In this document: positions 8,624 to 17,417 of the stretch, one piece after another
How positions within the stretch are numbered: position 1 is the first letter of the stretch
Layout: each line of letters opens with the position of its first letter
Assembly: GCA_964451625.1 (NCBI GenBank)
Contig: CAYVIU010000002.1
Location: 1-36,315 of the forward strand
From: an uncultured Planctomycetia bacterium
GTDB taxonomy: Bacteria; Omnitrophota; Gorgyraeia; JABMRJ01; CAYVIU01
Direction: 5' to 3'
DNA length: 36,315 nucleotides
The notes under the pieces: generated by a model
The model's database searches: none
The model's input: the letters and a program-made list of their open reading frames with translations, nothing else
What the model was told of the DNA's origin: nothing
Made by a program: the position numbers and the translations under genes

Positions 8624-9010
8624 TTGAAAATGAATAAAGCCGAACTCACGAAGTATAAAACCGCACTCCTCGAACTCAGGGAAAAGGCCGCGGGCGAGGT
8701 CAACCATATAGAAAACGATACATTGAAAAAATCACAGCGTGATGCCTCAGGAGACCTCTCAGGCTACTCGCTTCATATGGCTGATATGGCCACCGACAAC
8801 TATGACCGGGATTTTTCCTTAGGCCTGGCCGCATCAGGCAGGGAGGCAGTCCTTTTAATAGATGAAGCCCTCAAGAGGGTGAAAGATAAAAGCTTCGGAG
8901 CATGCCTCGGCTGCGGTAAAAATATAAAAAAGACCCGTCTGAAAGCCATTCCTTATGCCCAGTACTGCATAAAGTGTCAGTCTAAAGAAGAAAAGAGACA
9001 AAAAACCTAA
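8624..9010 (+). CDS. TraR/DksA-family C4 zinc-finger protein
   Basis: C-terminal CLGCGKNI...YCIKCQ (CxxC-N17-CxxC) after a coiled-coil region with a DNYDRD tip-like motif. The start could instead be the ATG at 8630. Confidence 0.85.
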   Translation: MKMNKAELTKYKTALLELREKAAGEVNHIENDTLKKSQRDASGDLSGYSLHMADMATDNYDRDFSLGLAASGREAVLLIDEALKRVKDKSFGACLGCGKNIKKTRLKAIPYAQYCIKCQSKEEKRQKT

Positions 9011-9011
9011 T

Positions 9012-9443
9012 ATGGCGCTTCTTTTTATTTCAGGGTTAGTGCTGGCGGTAGACCAGCTGCTTAAATCAAAGATAAGTTCGCTCCTTTTCCCGGGCGAATC
9101 ATACCCGGTTATAAAGAAGTTTCTGTACATAACGGTTGTCCACAACAAGGGCGCGGCATTCGGCCTGTTTAAAAGGGGCACCAATGCATTTGTGTTTATA
9201 ACTACGGCCGCCATCCTTTTCATCGTTTATTATCTCCCGAGACTGAAAAAAGAGGCAATCTTCGGCAGGCTCGGCCTCGCATTTATACTGGGCGGTGCGG
9301 TGAGCAACCTTATAGACAGGGTGAGGCTCGGCTACGTTGTGGATTACCTGGATCTCAGGTTCTGGCCAGTGTTCAATATAGCCGATGCTGCAATAACAGT
9401 AGGCGCAGTCCTCTTCACAATCGAACTCTTACGAAACAAATAA
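9012..9443 (+). CDS. lspA: Lipoprotein signal peptidase (signal peptidase II)
   Basis: NKGAAFG and VVDYLD...FNIADAAITVG motifs. Classic position downstream of ileS. Confidence 0.93.
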   Translation: MALLFISGLVLAVDQLLKSKISSLLFPGESYPVIKKFLYITVVHNKGAAFGLFKRGTNAFVFITTAAILFIVYYLPRLKKEAIFGRLGLAFILGGAVSNLIDRVRLGYVVDYLDLRFWPVFNIADAAITVGAVLFTIELLRNK

Positions 9444-9451
9444 CCAAAATA

Positions 9452-9472
9452 TATCGAAGCTAAGCTTCGATA
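9452..9472. repeat. Palindromic hairpin carrying the GAAGCTAAGCTTC repeat core (family A)
   Basis: TATCGAAGC-TAA-GCTTCGATA forms a 9-bp stem with a 3-nt loop. It is followed by an A-run rather than a T-run. The same 13-mer core recurs twice at 26804-26856. Confidence 0.85.
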
Positions 9473-9478
9473 CAAAAA

Positions 9479-10171
9479 ATGCATCCGATACTGTTTAAAA
9501 TAGGGCCTGTTACCCTTTACAGCTACGGGGCGATGGTGGCCGCGGCTTTTTTAATCGGCACACTCCTGGCCATGAAGGAATTAAAGAAAGACCCTGTAGT
9601 GAAGCCGAACGAATTAATCGACCTCGTCCTCTACGGCCTTATCTCCGGCATTATAGGGGCGAGGCTCCTCCATGTATTGCTGAACCTTGAATTTTATATA
9701 GAGGCCCCCGTCCAGATATTTTTTATTCAAAGGGGAGGGCTTGCATTCCACGGGGGAATACTCTTTGCGATACTAGCGGCATTCCGGTATCTGGCAAGAA
9801 GAAAGATCTCTTTCTGGAAAGTTGCGGACTTTATGTGTAGCTATGTGGCACTGGCCCATGGCATAGGAAGAATAGGGTGCTTCTTAAACGGGTGCTGTTA
9901 CGGCAAATGGGGCAATCCCACACAGATTTATTCTGCAGTGGGACTTTTTACGATATTTCTTATTTTGAGGCCGTTGTACAGGACAAAACACTTTGAAGGC
10001 CAGATATTCCTGGCCTATCTCATGATCTATTCGGCATTCAGGTTTCTTATGGATTTTATGCGGGCGGATCTCGAGCCGGTATTCGGGAGCCTTACATCCT
10101 CGCACTTAATTAGCATAGCTGTTTTTGTAACGGCAATCTGGATTTATGGAAAAAATAAAATTAGAGGTTGA
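9479..10171 (+). CDS. lgt: Prolipoprotein diacylglyceryl transferase (short form)
   Basis: YGAMVAAAF, GARLLHV and GIGRIGCFLNGCCYG motifs in a polytopic membrane protein. Confidence 0.88.
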   Translation: MHPILFKIGPVTLYSYGAMVAAAFLIGTLLAMKELKKDPVVKPNELIDLVLYGLISGIIGARLLHVLLNLEFYIEAPVQIFFIQRGGLAFHGGILFAILAAFRYLARRKISFWKVADFMCSYVALAHGIGRIGCFLNGCCYGKWGNPTQIYSAVGLFTIFLILRPLYRTKHFEGQIFLAYLMIYSAFRFLMDFMRADLEPVFGSLTSSHLISIAVFVTAIWIYGKNKIRG

Positions 10172-11054
10172 GGGTGCAGCCGGGCGCCTGGATATATATC
10201 TGGCCAAAAAGCTTTCAAAAAAATTATCGCGCTCTTTTATTCAAAAACTTATTGACGGCGGAAACGTATTGCTGAACGGCAAGGCCGTTAAACGCAATTA
10301 CAAAGTTATCTCCGGCGATAAGATTGATATAACCGTCCCTGACCCTGTTGAAACAAAAACATCCGCGCAGAATATCCCGCTCAATATCGTGTATGAAGAC
10401 GGTGACGTCATTATTGTAAACAAGCCCGCGGGCATGGTCGTGCACCCCGCAGCGGGAAATTTCACAGGCACGCTTGTAAATGCACTGCTCCATCACACAA
10501 AGGATTTATCGGGCATAGGCGGCGTCATGCGCCCGGGCATTGTGCACAGGATTGATAAAGAAACCTCCGGGCTTTTAATCGTCGCCAAAAATGACACCGC
10601 TCACAAAAACCTGGCAGGGCAGTTCAAGGCCCACACAGTAAAAAGGAAATACATCGCTGTTGTAAGGGGCGTTGTGCAGCTTAACCAGGGCACCATTGAG
10701 GCCCCCATCGGCAGGCACCCCAGGGACAGACAGAAGATGGCGGTGGTTTTTACAAGGTCAAGGCCCGCTGTCACGCATTACACCGTTATAAAACGCCTCA
10801 AGGATTACACTGTACTTGAGCTTTCTCTTGAGACAGGCAGGACGCACCAGATAAGGGCGCATATGAGCTATTTCGGCCATCCGCTCGTAGGCGACGGCAC
10901 CTATGGAAAGAGGCACGGCTTCGAAAGGCAGGCGCTTCACGCAAAGATACTCGGCTTCGAGCATCCCGTTCTCAAAAAGTACATGGAGTTTGACTCAAAA
11001 CTGCCCGAGGACATGGAGAATCTCATCCAAAGGCTCGAGAAAAACAAGAAATAA
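10146..11054 (+). CDS. rluD: RluA-family 23S rRNA pseudouridine synthase (RluD-like)
   Basis: N-terminal S4-like domain (RLDIYLAKK), catalytic HRIDKETSGLL, and TGRTHQIRAHM. It overlaps the end of lgt by 26 nt. Confidence 0.9.
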   Translation: MEKIKLEVEGAAGRLDIYLAKKLSKKLSRSFIQKLIDGGNVLLNGKAVKRNYKVISGDKIDITVPDPVETKTSAQNIPLNIVYEDGDVIIVNKPAGMVVHPAAGNFTGTLVNALLHHTKDLSGIGGVMRPGIVHRIDKETSGLLIVAKNDTAHKNLAGQFKAHTVKRKYIAVVRGVVQLNQGTIEAPIGRHPRDRQKMAVVFTRSRPAVTHYTVIKRLKDYTVLELSLETGRTHQIRAHMSYFGHPLVGDGTYGKRHGFERQALHAKILGFEHPVLKKYMEFDSKLPEDMENLIQRLEKNKK

Positions 11055-11056
11055 TT

Positions 11057-11084
11057 TTGCTTTATACTAAAGTTATGGTATAAT
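11057..11084 (+). promoter_or_regulatory. Candidate extended -10 promoter
   Basis: TGgTATAAT at 11076-11084, with a weak -35 (TTGCTT at 11057-11062, 16-nt spacer). GGAG lies 5 nt before the ATG at 11109. Confidence 0.4.
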
Positions 11085-11108
11085 TATATAAATAATCCCG
11101 GAGATAAT

Positions 11109-11963
11109 ATGCCCAATAGCCTGAGGTTGGGGATCGGCCTTTTAATACTGGCAAGCGTGTTTTTCCTATGCGTATCCCTGGCATTGTTTGTTATGCACGG
11201 AAGCGAAAAGGAAAAAAGGGTCTCCCTGGAAGAGCGCCTGGACAGCGTCCTGGCAGCAAACAAAGAGCTCGAAAAAGACCTTGATGAAATCACCCTTATG
11301 AATAAAGGCCTTGAGTCTAAACTCTCAAGTTCCCGCCAGCAGTTAAAGAGCCTTTCAGAAAGCCATTCCAAAGAAAAAGAATCCCGGCAGCTTCTCATGA
11401 GCGACCTTGAAAGGGAAAAGGAATCAGTCCAGCGCCTCATGAATGAAATCACGAGCGAGAAAGAGGGGAAGGAAGGCCTTGTTGAAAAACTTGCGCAGGC
11501 CGAGGGCGATTATGAAAGGCTGAAAAACCAGCTGGCAATGATCATGAAGGCAAAAGAAACCCTCGAGAGAAAAGTAAAAGAGATTATTTCCAAAAAGGGC
11601 GTGGAGCTTGACAGGATAGTTGTCCAGCAGGGCGCGCCTTCAGAATTTGCCCCCGAAGAAATTTCATCCATGCGGGAAGGTTCCGGATTTTTTGAAGAAG
11701 AATCTTTTGAAGACACGGGTGCTGACGGATTCCAGGGCGGGGAAGTACTCATTGTAAATAAAAAATTCGGCTTTGCCATAGTCAATATGGGCAAGTACGA
11801 CGGCCTTGGCCTGGGCGATCTCCTCGGGGTCTACAGAAAAGATAAGTTTTTGGCCGAGGCCCAGGTGGAAAAATTGTACGATAGGATGTCCGCCGCCACA
11901 CTCCTGCCTCAATATAAAAAGATAACCCTGAAACCGGGCGACCAGGTCAGTGTTTCAAGATGA
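11109..11963 (+). CDS. Membrane-anchored coiled-coil protein with a small C-terminal beta-rich domain (unassigned family)
   Basis: One N-terminal TM segment (LGIGLLILASVFFLCVSLALFVM) is followed by ~130 aa of heptad-like E/K/L-rich sequence. Then comes an acidic linker and GEVLIVNKKFGFAIVNMGKYDGLGLGDLLGVYRKD...LKPGDQVSV. ATGA overlap with aroA. Confidence 0.7.
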   Translation: MPNSLRLGIGLLILASVFFLCVSLALFVMHGSEKEKRVSLEERLDSVLAANKELEKDLDEITLMNKGLESKLSSSRQQLKSLSESHSKEKESRQLLMSDLEREKESVQRLMNEITSEKEGKEGLVEKLAQAEGDYERLKNQLAMIMKAKETLERKVKEIISKKGVELDRIVVQQGAPSEFAPEEISSMREGSGFFEEESFEDTGADGFQGGEVLIVNKKFGFAIVNMGKYDGLGLGDLLGVYRKDKFLAEAQVEKLYDRMSAATLLPQYKKITLKPGDQVSVSR

Positions 11964-13249
11964 AGATAACCCCAGCCAGATGTATTGCCGGCACCATTTC
12001 CATTCCGGGTGATAAATCCATTTCACACCGCGCTGTAATGCTCGGCTCCCTTGCCGAGGGCGAAACACAAATAAAAAATTTCCTTACCGCAGAAGACTGC
12101 CTTTATACACTAAAGGCGTTTCAGGCGCTCGGGGTTGATGCAGCGCTTTCCGGGACAGATATTTCTATTAAAGGAAGGGGGCTCTCTTCTCTCAAGGCCC
12201 CGAAGAAAGAAATCTATCTCGGCAACTCCGGGACAGGCATGCGCCTTATCTCAGGGATCCTTTCGGCCCAGGGTTTTGAAAGCACCCTGACAGGCGATGA
12301 ATCGCTTTCAAAAAGGCCCATGGATAGAATCATTATTCCTTTAAAGCTCATGGGCGCGGCCATAGACGCAAGAAATAATAAATTCCCCCCGCTTAAAATA
12401 AAGGGAGGGAACTTAAAGCCCATTACGTATAAAAGCCCCGTTGCCAGTGCACAGGTGAAGTCGGCAGTGTTGCTTGCAGGGCTTTTTACAAAAGGCAGGA
12501 CCACTGTCATAGAGCCGGCAAAATCCCGCGACCATACCGAGAAAATGCTCAAGCTTCTCGGGGCCGATATAAAGGTAAACGGGCTCAAGGTCTCTTTAAG
12601 CGGCCCGGCCACCCTTAAAGGAAGTCAGATAGAAATCCCGGGCGATCCGTCAAGCGCGGCATTCTTTGTGGTTGCGGCAAGCCTTTTAAAAGGGTCAGAT
12701 ATCAATATTGTAAATGTGCTGCATAATCCGACGCGCATTGCCTTTATCGAAACCCTTAAAAAGATGAATGCCTCTCTTGCAATAAAAAATATCAGAACTG
12801 TAAGCGGCGAAGAAGTCTGTGACATTGCTGTTAAATCATCAACTCTTAAGGGTGTAAATATTGAAAAAGGGTCAATCCCCAAGCTGATAGACGAATTACC
12901 TGTATTGATGGTGGCTGCATCATTCGCGAAAGGCCGGACCAGTATTAAAGGCGCAGGGGAGCTGCGCGTTAAGGAGACAGACAGGATAAATTCCATTACC
13001 GCGAATCTAAAGAAGATGGGTGCGGATATAGAGGTAATAGAGAGTAATATAACTATAGAGGGTAAGGCGTCACTCAAGGGGGCGGATTTCAAAAGCTTTG
13101 GCGACCACCGCACAGCAATGTCAATGGCCACAGCCGGCTTGGCTGCCGCAGGTGAATCCACCATAGATGATACGGACTGCATAAACACCTCTTTCCCGGG
13201 ATTCCTTGAAATGCTGGATAAAGTAAGGAATTTCGACCGCGTAGGTTAA
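11960..13249 (+). CDS. aroA: 3-phosphoshikimate 1-carboxyvinyltransferase (EPSP synthase)
   Basis: PGDKSISHRAVML, LGNSGTGMRL, RVKETDRI and GDHRTAMS motifs. The last 7 codons lie inside an inverted repeat. Confidence 0.95.
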   Translation: MKITPARCIAGTISIPGDKSISHRAVMLGSLAEGETQIKNFLTAEDCLYTLKAFQALGVDAALSGTDISIKGRGLSSLKAPKKEIYLGNSGTGMRLISGILSAQGFESTLTGDESLSKRPMDRIIIPLKLMGAAIDARNNKFPPLKIKGGNLKPITYKSPVASAQVKSAVLLAGLFTKGRTTVIEPAKSRDHTEKMLKLLGADIKVNGLKVSLSGPATLKGSQIEIPGDPSSAAFFVVAASLLKGSDINIVNVLHNPTRIAFIETLKKMNASLAIKNIRTVSGEEVCDIAVKSSTLKGVNIEKGSIPKLIDELPVLMVAASFAKGRTSIKGAGELRVKETDRINSITANLKKMGADIEVIESNITIEGKASLKGADFKSFGDHRTAMSMATAGLAAAGESTIDDTDCINTSFPGFLEMLDKVRNFDRVG

Positions 13250-13287
13250 GTGAATCTAACTCCACCAAACCTACGCGGTCGAAATTC
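13228..13287. repeat. Perfect 20-bp inverted repeat with 20-nt spacer (family B, ACCTACGCGGTCGA core)
   Basis: GAATTTCGACCGCGTAGGTT (13228-13247) is the exact reverse complement of AACCTACGCGGTCGAAATTC (13268-13287). The left arm encodes the aroA tail and stop. No T-tract follows. Confidence 0.9.
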
Positions 13288-13304
13288 TAATCACTAAAAA
13301 ATAG

Positions 13305-13333
13305 TTGACACATAATTACAGTTTTGTTATAAT
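13305..13333 (+). promoter_or_regulatory. Consensus sigma70-type promoter upstream of mreB
   Basis: TTGACA (13305-13310), a 17-nt spacer, then TATAAT (13328-13333) preceded by TGt. It lies 35 nt upstream of the mreB ATG. Confidence 0.6.
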
Positions 13334-13367
13334 CCAACTATATCCTAAGTAATAATATAAAGGTTAT

Positions 13368-14456
13368 ATGTCCACTATAATATCCACAATTAAAAATGTA
13401 ACTTCCGGCTTTTCAAAACTCTTCAATACCGTCCTGGGACTTTTTTCCAATGACATGGGCATAGACTTAGGCACTGCCACTACCCTTGTTTACATAAAGG
13501 GCCAGGGGGTCGTTCTCTGCGAGCCATCGGTGGTCGCGATTGAAAAAGGCTCATCAAATGTGCTTGCGGTAGGAGAAGAGGCAAAGAGGATGCTGGGCAG
13601 GACGCCCGGCAACATAGTTGCCATAAGGCCCATGAAAGACGGGGTAATTGCCGATTTCGAAATCACCGAAAGCATGCTCCGTTATTTTATCAAGAAGGTC
13701 CACAACTCCCGCCGCCTGGTAAGGCCGCGCATGGTGATCGCCATTCCATCAGGCATAACAGAGGTGGAGAAGAGGGCGGTCAAGGATTCAGCGCTTCATG
13801 CCGGCGCAAGAGAAGTCTTCATGATAGAGGAACCCATAGCCGCTGCAATAGGCGTGGGGCTTCCCATTGAAGAGCCCGCAGGAAACATGATTATTGATAT
13901 AGGCGGCGGCACCACTGAAATCGCCGTTATATCTTTGGCAGGCGTTGTATTTTCCAAGTCCATCAGGATCGGCGGCGATGAGATGGACGATGCAATTATA
14001 AATTATCTCAGAAAGACATACAATCTCATGATCGGCGAAAGGACTGCCGAGGAGATAAAGATCAAGATAGGCTCGGCTTATCCCCTGGAACAGGAACTCA
14101 CCATGGAAGTCAGGGGCCGCGACCTTGTGGCAGGGCTTCCGAAGATGCTGAACATCACAAGCGAAGAAATAAGAGAGGCCATGGGCGAACCAGTAAGCCA
14201 GATCATAGAAAGCGTACGCATTACCCTTGAAAGGACCCCGCCGGAATTATCAGCCGACCTCATTGAAAGAGGCATTGTTATAGCCGGAGGCGCATCGCTC
14301 TTGAGAGGCCTCGATAAACTCATACAGGAAGAAACAGGCCTCCCGGTTCACGTGACAGAAGATCCGTTAACAGCAGTTGCACTCGGTACGGGCAAGGTCT
14401 TAAGCGAAATCCGCTACCTCAAAAAGGTAACCCTTTCCCACAGACTGGAGTCTTGA
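13368..14456 (+). CDS. mreB: Rod shape-determining actin homolog MreB
   Basis: [23 protein letters not shown] and [14 protein letters not shown] motifs. It carries an N-terminal extension of ~15 aa beyond the usual amphipathic start. Confidence 0.97.
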   Translation: MSTIISTIKNVTSGFSKLFNTVLGLFSNDMGIDLGTATTLVYIKGQGVVLCEPSVVAIEKGSSNVLAVGEEAKRMLGRTPGNIVAIRPMKDGVIADFEITESMLRYFIKKVHNSRRLVRPRMVIAIPSGITEVEKRAVKDSALHAGAREVFMIEEPIAAAIGVGLPIEEPAGNMIIDIGGGTTEIAVISLAGVVFSKSIRIGGDEMDDAIINYLRKTYNLMIGERTAEEIKIKIGSAYPLEQELTMEVRGRDLVAGLPKMLNITSEEIREAMGEPVSQIIESVRITLERTPPELSADLIERGIVIAGGASLLRGLDKLIQEETGLPVHVTEDPLTAVALGTGKVLSEIRYLKKVTLSHRLES

Positions 14457-15211
14457 GATTTTCAAAGCTAACCGCCACACTCCTTGCAGTTCTTATACTT
14501 CTATTACTTGTACAAAGAAGCGCAAGTAATATAAGGGCAAGGGTCTTGGACAGGGCCGCCTCCTCAATAAAGGCAGCCGATAAAATCACCAAAAAACTTC
14601 CCCCTCTGAAAAAATCCCAGCAAACCCAGAATCAAAGATTGCAGACAAAGGTAAAAATACTTGAGGCAAGGCTTGCCCAGCTTCAGGAGCTCTCCCGTGA
14701 AAACACAAGGCTGAGAGAACTGGTCGGCTTCCGTAAAAAGATTTCATACAAGACCATCCCCGCCAAGGTAATGGGCAGGGACCCGTCCAATTGGAATAAT
14801 ATTGTATTTATAGACAAGGGCGCCTCCTCCGGAATGAATATTGATACCGGTGTTACAAGCGCGAAGGGGCTCGTGGGGAGGGTCATCGAAGCAGGTGAGG
14901 CGGCCTCAAAGGTCATGCTTATAGAAGATCCCGATTCAAGGATCGCCGCAAGGGTCCAGAGGACGAGGGCCTCAGGCCTTGTCGCAGGGACACTGAGCCA
15001 CAGGTGCAGGATGATTTACATATCCCCCGATGCGGACGTGAAGATAGGGGACATGGTTGTGACCGCAGGGACGAGCAGTACGTTTCCCGAGGGCCTTTTG
15101 ATAGGAAAGATCACGGATATTTTCGAGGATAAGGGAGGTTTGTACCTGTCTGCGATCATCAAGCCTGCGGCAGACCTGGAAAGGCTGGAAGAGGTATTGT
15201 GCATAAAATAA
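14453..15211 (+). CDS. mreC: Rod shape-determining protein MreC
   Basis: N-terminal TM segment, coiled coil with [11 protein letters not shown], and a beta-barrel region GLVGRVIE...VVTAG...[13 protein letters not shown] start overlaps the mreB stop. Confidence 0.9.
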   Translation: MRFSKLTATLLAVLILLLLVQRSASNIRARVLDRAASSIKAADKITKKLPPLKKSQQTQNQRLQTKVKILEARLAQLQELSRENTRLRELVGFRKKISYKTIPAKVMGRDPSNWNNIVFIDKGASSGMNIDTGVTSAKGLVGRVIEAGEAASKVMLIEDPDSRIAARVQRTRASGLVAGTLSHRCRMIYISPDADVKIGDMVVTAGTSSTFPEGLLIGKITDIFEDKGGLYLSAIIKPAADLERLEEVLCIK

Positions 15212-15696
15212 CGCGCCCGCGGCTGTATCTGGGGATTTTTTTTATTGCGCTGCTGGAGATTGTATTTTTTTCCGGGATAAAGCTCTTCGGCGTGCAGCCG
15301 GACATACTCCTTCTGGCTGTCATATTTTTCAGTTTGTTTTTTGACCGGGAGAATGCCCTTGAGGCAGGCCTCGCTGCCGGGATCATCAGGGACGTTCTGT
15401 CAATCGGGTTTTTCGGATCAAACGCAGTGCTCTTTTTTGCGCTCGCCTTTATTGCATCGCTTTTCCGCGATAAGATATACAAGGATTTTTTTCTGGCGCA
15501 GATTTGTTTTGTAGCGGCCCTGACAGCGCTTTTTTACCTGGGAGGATTCTTTTTTAAAAATGCCGCATCCAGTTTTGCCCTGAGCTTCCCCGAAGGCCTG
15601 CGCTGGGTTATTCTGCCCGCAGTATTGTACACCTCTATTATCTCGCCCCCGGCCTTCTTTTTACTGGATAAGATTTTTCATATAAGAAGAGTGTAG
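15199..15696 (+). CDS. mreD: Rod shape-determining protein MreD
   Basis: A 165-aa polytopic membrane protein directly after mreC. GTG start overlaps the end of mreC. Confidence 0.8.
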   Translation: MHKITRPRLYLGIFFIALLEIVFFSGIKLFGVQPDILLLAVIFFSLFFDRENALEAGLAAGIIRDVLSIGFFGSNAVLFFALAFIASLFRDKIYKDFFLAQICFVAALTALFYLGGFFFKNAASSFALSFPEGLRWVILPAVLYTSIISPPAFFLLDKIFHIRRV

Positions 15697-15699
15697 AAA

Positions 15700-17417
15700 A
15701 TGAAAATAAAGATTTTAGGCACAATAATATTTATACTGTTCGTGTTTCTTGTTGCGGGCCTCTTTTATCTGCAGGTCATACGCGGGGGCCACTATCTTGA
15801 AGAGTCTTTGTCCAACCGCATACGCCTGGAAGTCCTCCAGGCCCCGCGGGGAAGGATACTGGACCGGAACGGCAGGCTCATTGTAGGGAACAGGATCTCT
15901 TTTGATATTGCCGTTATCCCCCAGGAGATCAGTGAGAAAAAGGAAAAGGTCTTTTCCGGCCTGGGTGCGGTCCTGGGCATCCCGGTTTCGGAAATAGAAA
16001 ATACTTATAATAAAATCAAAACCAGCCCGCCCCGGCAATAGTCAAGCGCGACATAGGCAAGGAAAACGCCATCCGCCTGGAAGAAAAAAGGCTCAACCTG
16101 CCCGGTGTGGTGATCCAGACCAGCCCCCTGCGCAATTATGTTTACGACAGCACCGCCTGCCACGTTATAGGCTATCTCGGCCACATAAATAAGAAAGAGC
16201 TTACAAAGCTGCGCAACTACGGATACCAGAGAAGGGATCTCATCGGCCGCTCCGGAGTAGAAAAATATTATGACAATTACCTTAAGGGAAAAGACGGCGG
16301 CTCTCAACTGGAGGTCAACAACCGCGGCCGCCAGCTGAGGATGCTCGGCATAAAAGAGGCGGTTGCCGGAAAAGACATCAGCCTTACGATAGATATTGAT
16401 TTACAGGTCTTCATAGAAGAAAGCATGGGCGGGCACAGGGGGGCGATAGTCGTTATGGATTCAACTAACGGCGAAATACTCGGCATGCTGAGCAGGCCCG
16501 GTTTTGACCCGGACATGTTTGTCTCCGGGGCAAGCCCCGGGGCAATAAGCTCCTTTTTCAAAAGGTCTGATTTTCCCTTGGTGAACCGCGCGATAAGCGG
16601 CAGATATCCTCCGGGATCTGTATTCAAGGTTGTAGTGGCGTCCGCTGCCCTGGATAAAGAAAAGATAAATACACGCACGCATCTCGGATGCAAGGGGAGT
16701 TATACATTAGGAAGAAGGGTGTTCAGGTGCTGGAAAAAAAAGGGCCACGGTTCCCAGAATATCAGAGAGGCCATAAAAAATTCATGCAACGTATTTTTCT
16801 ATCAGATGGGCAGGATCGCGGGCGCCGATAACATTACAGAGTTTGCGAAAAAATTCGGTTTTGGAAAATCTACGGGCATTGACCTGCCGGGCGAGGTCTC
16901 AGGGCTTGTGCCCGGGAGGATGTGGAAGATGATGTCGATGAGGGAGAACTGGTATGAAGGCGACACCGTGAATTTTTCAATAGGCCAGGGATATCTCCTG
17001 GTCACGCCTCTGCAGATTGTAAGGATGATGGCGGCCTCGGGAAACGGCGGAAGGCTTATCCGGCCCCATGTTGTTAAAAGAATAGACGTGGTTGATGCCG
17101 CCTCACCTGATCCAAAACCAATCAGGATTTCGAAAGAGGCCCTCGAGATTGTAAAGGAAGGCCTGGATATGGTGGTGAACGCCGAGCGCGGCACGGGCCG
17201 AAAGGCACGCGTTAAAGGCCTTGACATCGGAGGCAAGACCGGCACTGCACAGGCAGGCAAAGACAAGACACACGCGTGGTTCTCAGGATTTTCTCCCGTG
17301 GATGACGCAAAGATGGCAGTGGTTGTTTTTCTGGAGCACGGGGGGAAGGGCGGCCTGAGTGCCAGTAAGATTGCCGGAGAGATATTCGGCAAGCTTCACG
17401 AGTTGGGATATTTATGA
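15700..17417 (+). pseudogene. mrdA: Penicillin-binding protein 2 (elongasome transpeptidase MrdA) interrupted by a 1-nt frameshift
   Basis: ORF 15700-16041 carries the TM anchor plus RGRILDRNG. ORF 16107-17417 carries the SxxK (SVFK), SxN (SCN) and KTG motifs. The second frame is already open and PBP2-like from 16014 (PAIVKRDIGKENAIRLEEKRLNLPGVVIQ). One extra C in the run at 16030-16033 would fuse both into one ~572-aa protein. Confidence 0.88.

Noticed and set aside
9452-9472. Hairpin after lspA read as a rho-independent terminator.
   Set aside because: It is followed by an A-run, not a T-run, on the coding strand. There is no minus-strand gene that could use the complementary T-run. It is better explained as a member of the family A dispersed repeat.
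13368-13454. Unusual N-terminal extension of MreB ([29 protein letters not shown]) as a novel feature.
   Set aside because: Many MreB proteins from diderm bacteria carry an N-terminal amphipathic membrane-binding helix. The extra ~15 residues here are within normal variation. The only internal Met would delete that helix.
15700-17417. Treating 15700-16041 and 16107-17417 as two independent genes.
   Set aside because: The first carries only the TM anchor and the beginning of the PBP2 pedestal domain. The second lacks any anchor, and its frame is PBP2-like well upstream of its first Met. A single-base change in a C-run joins them.
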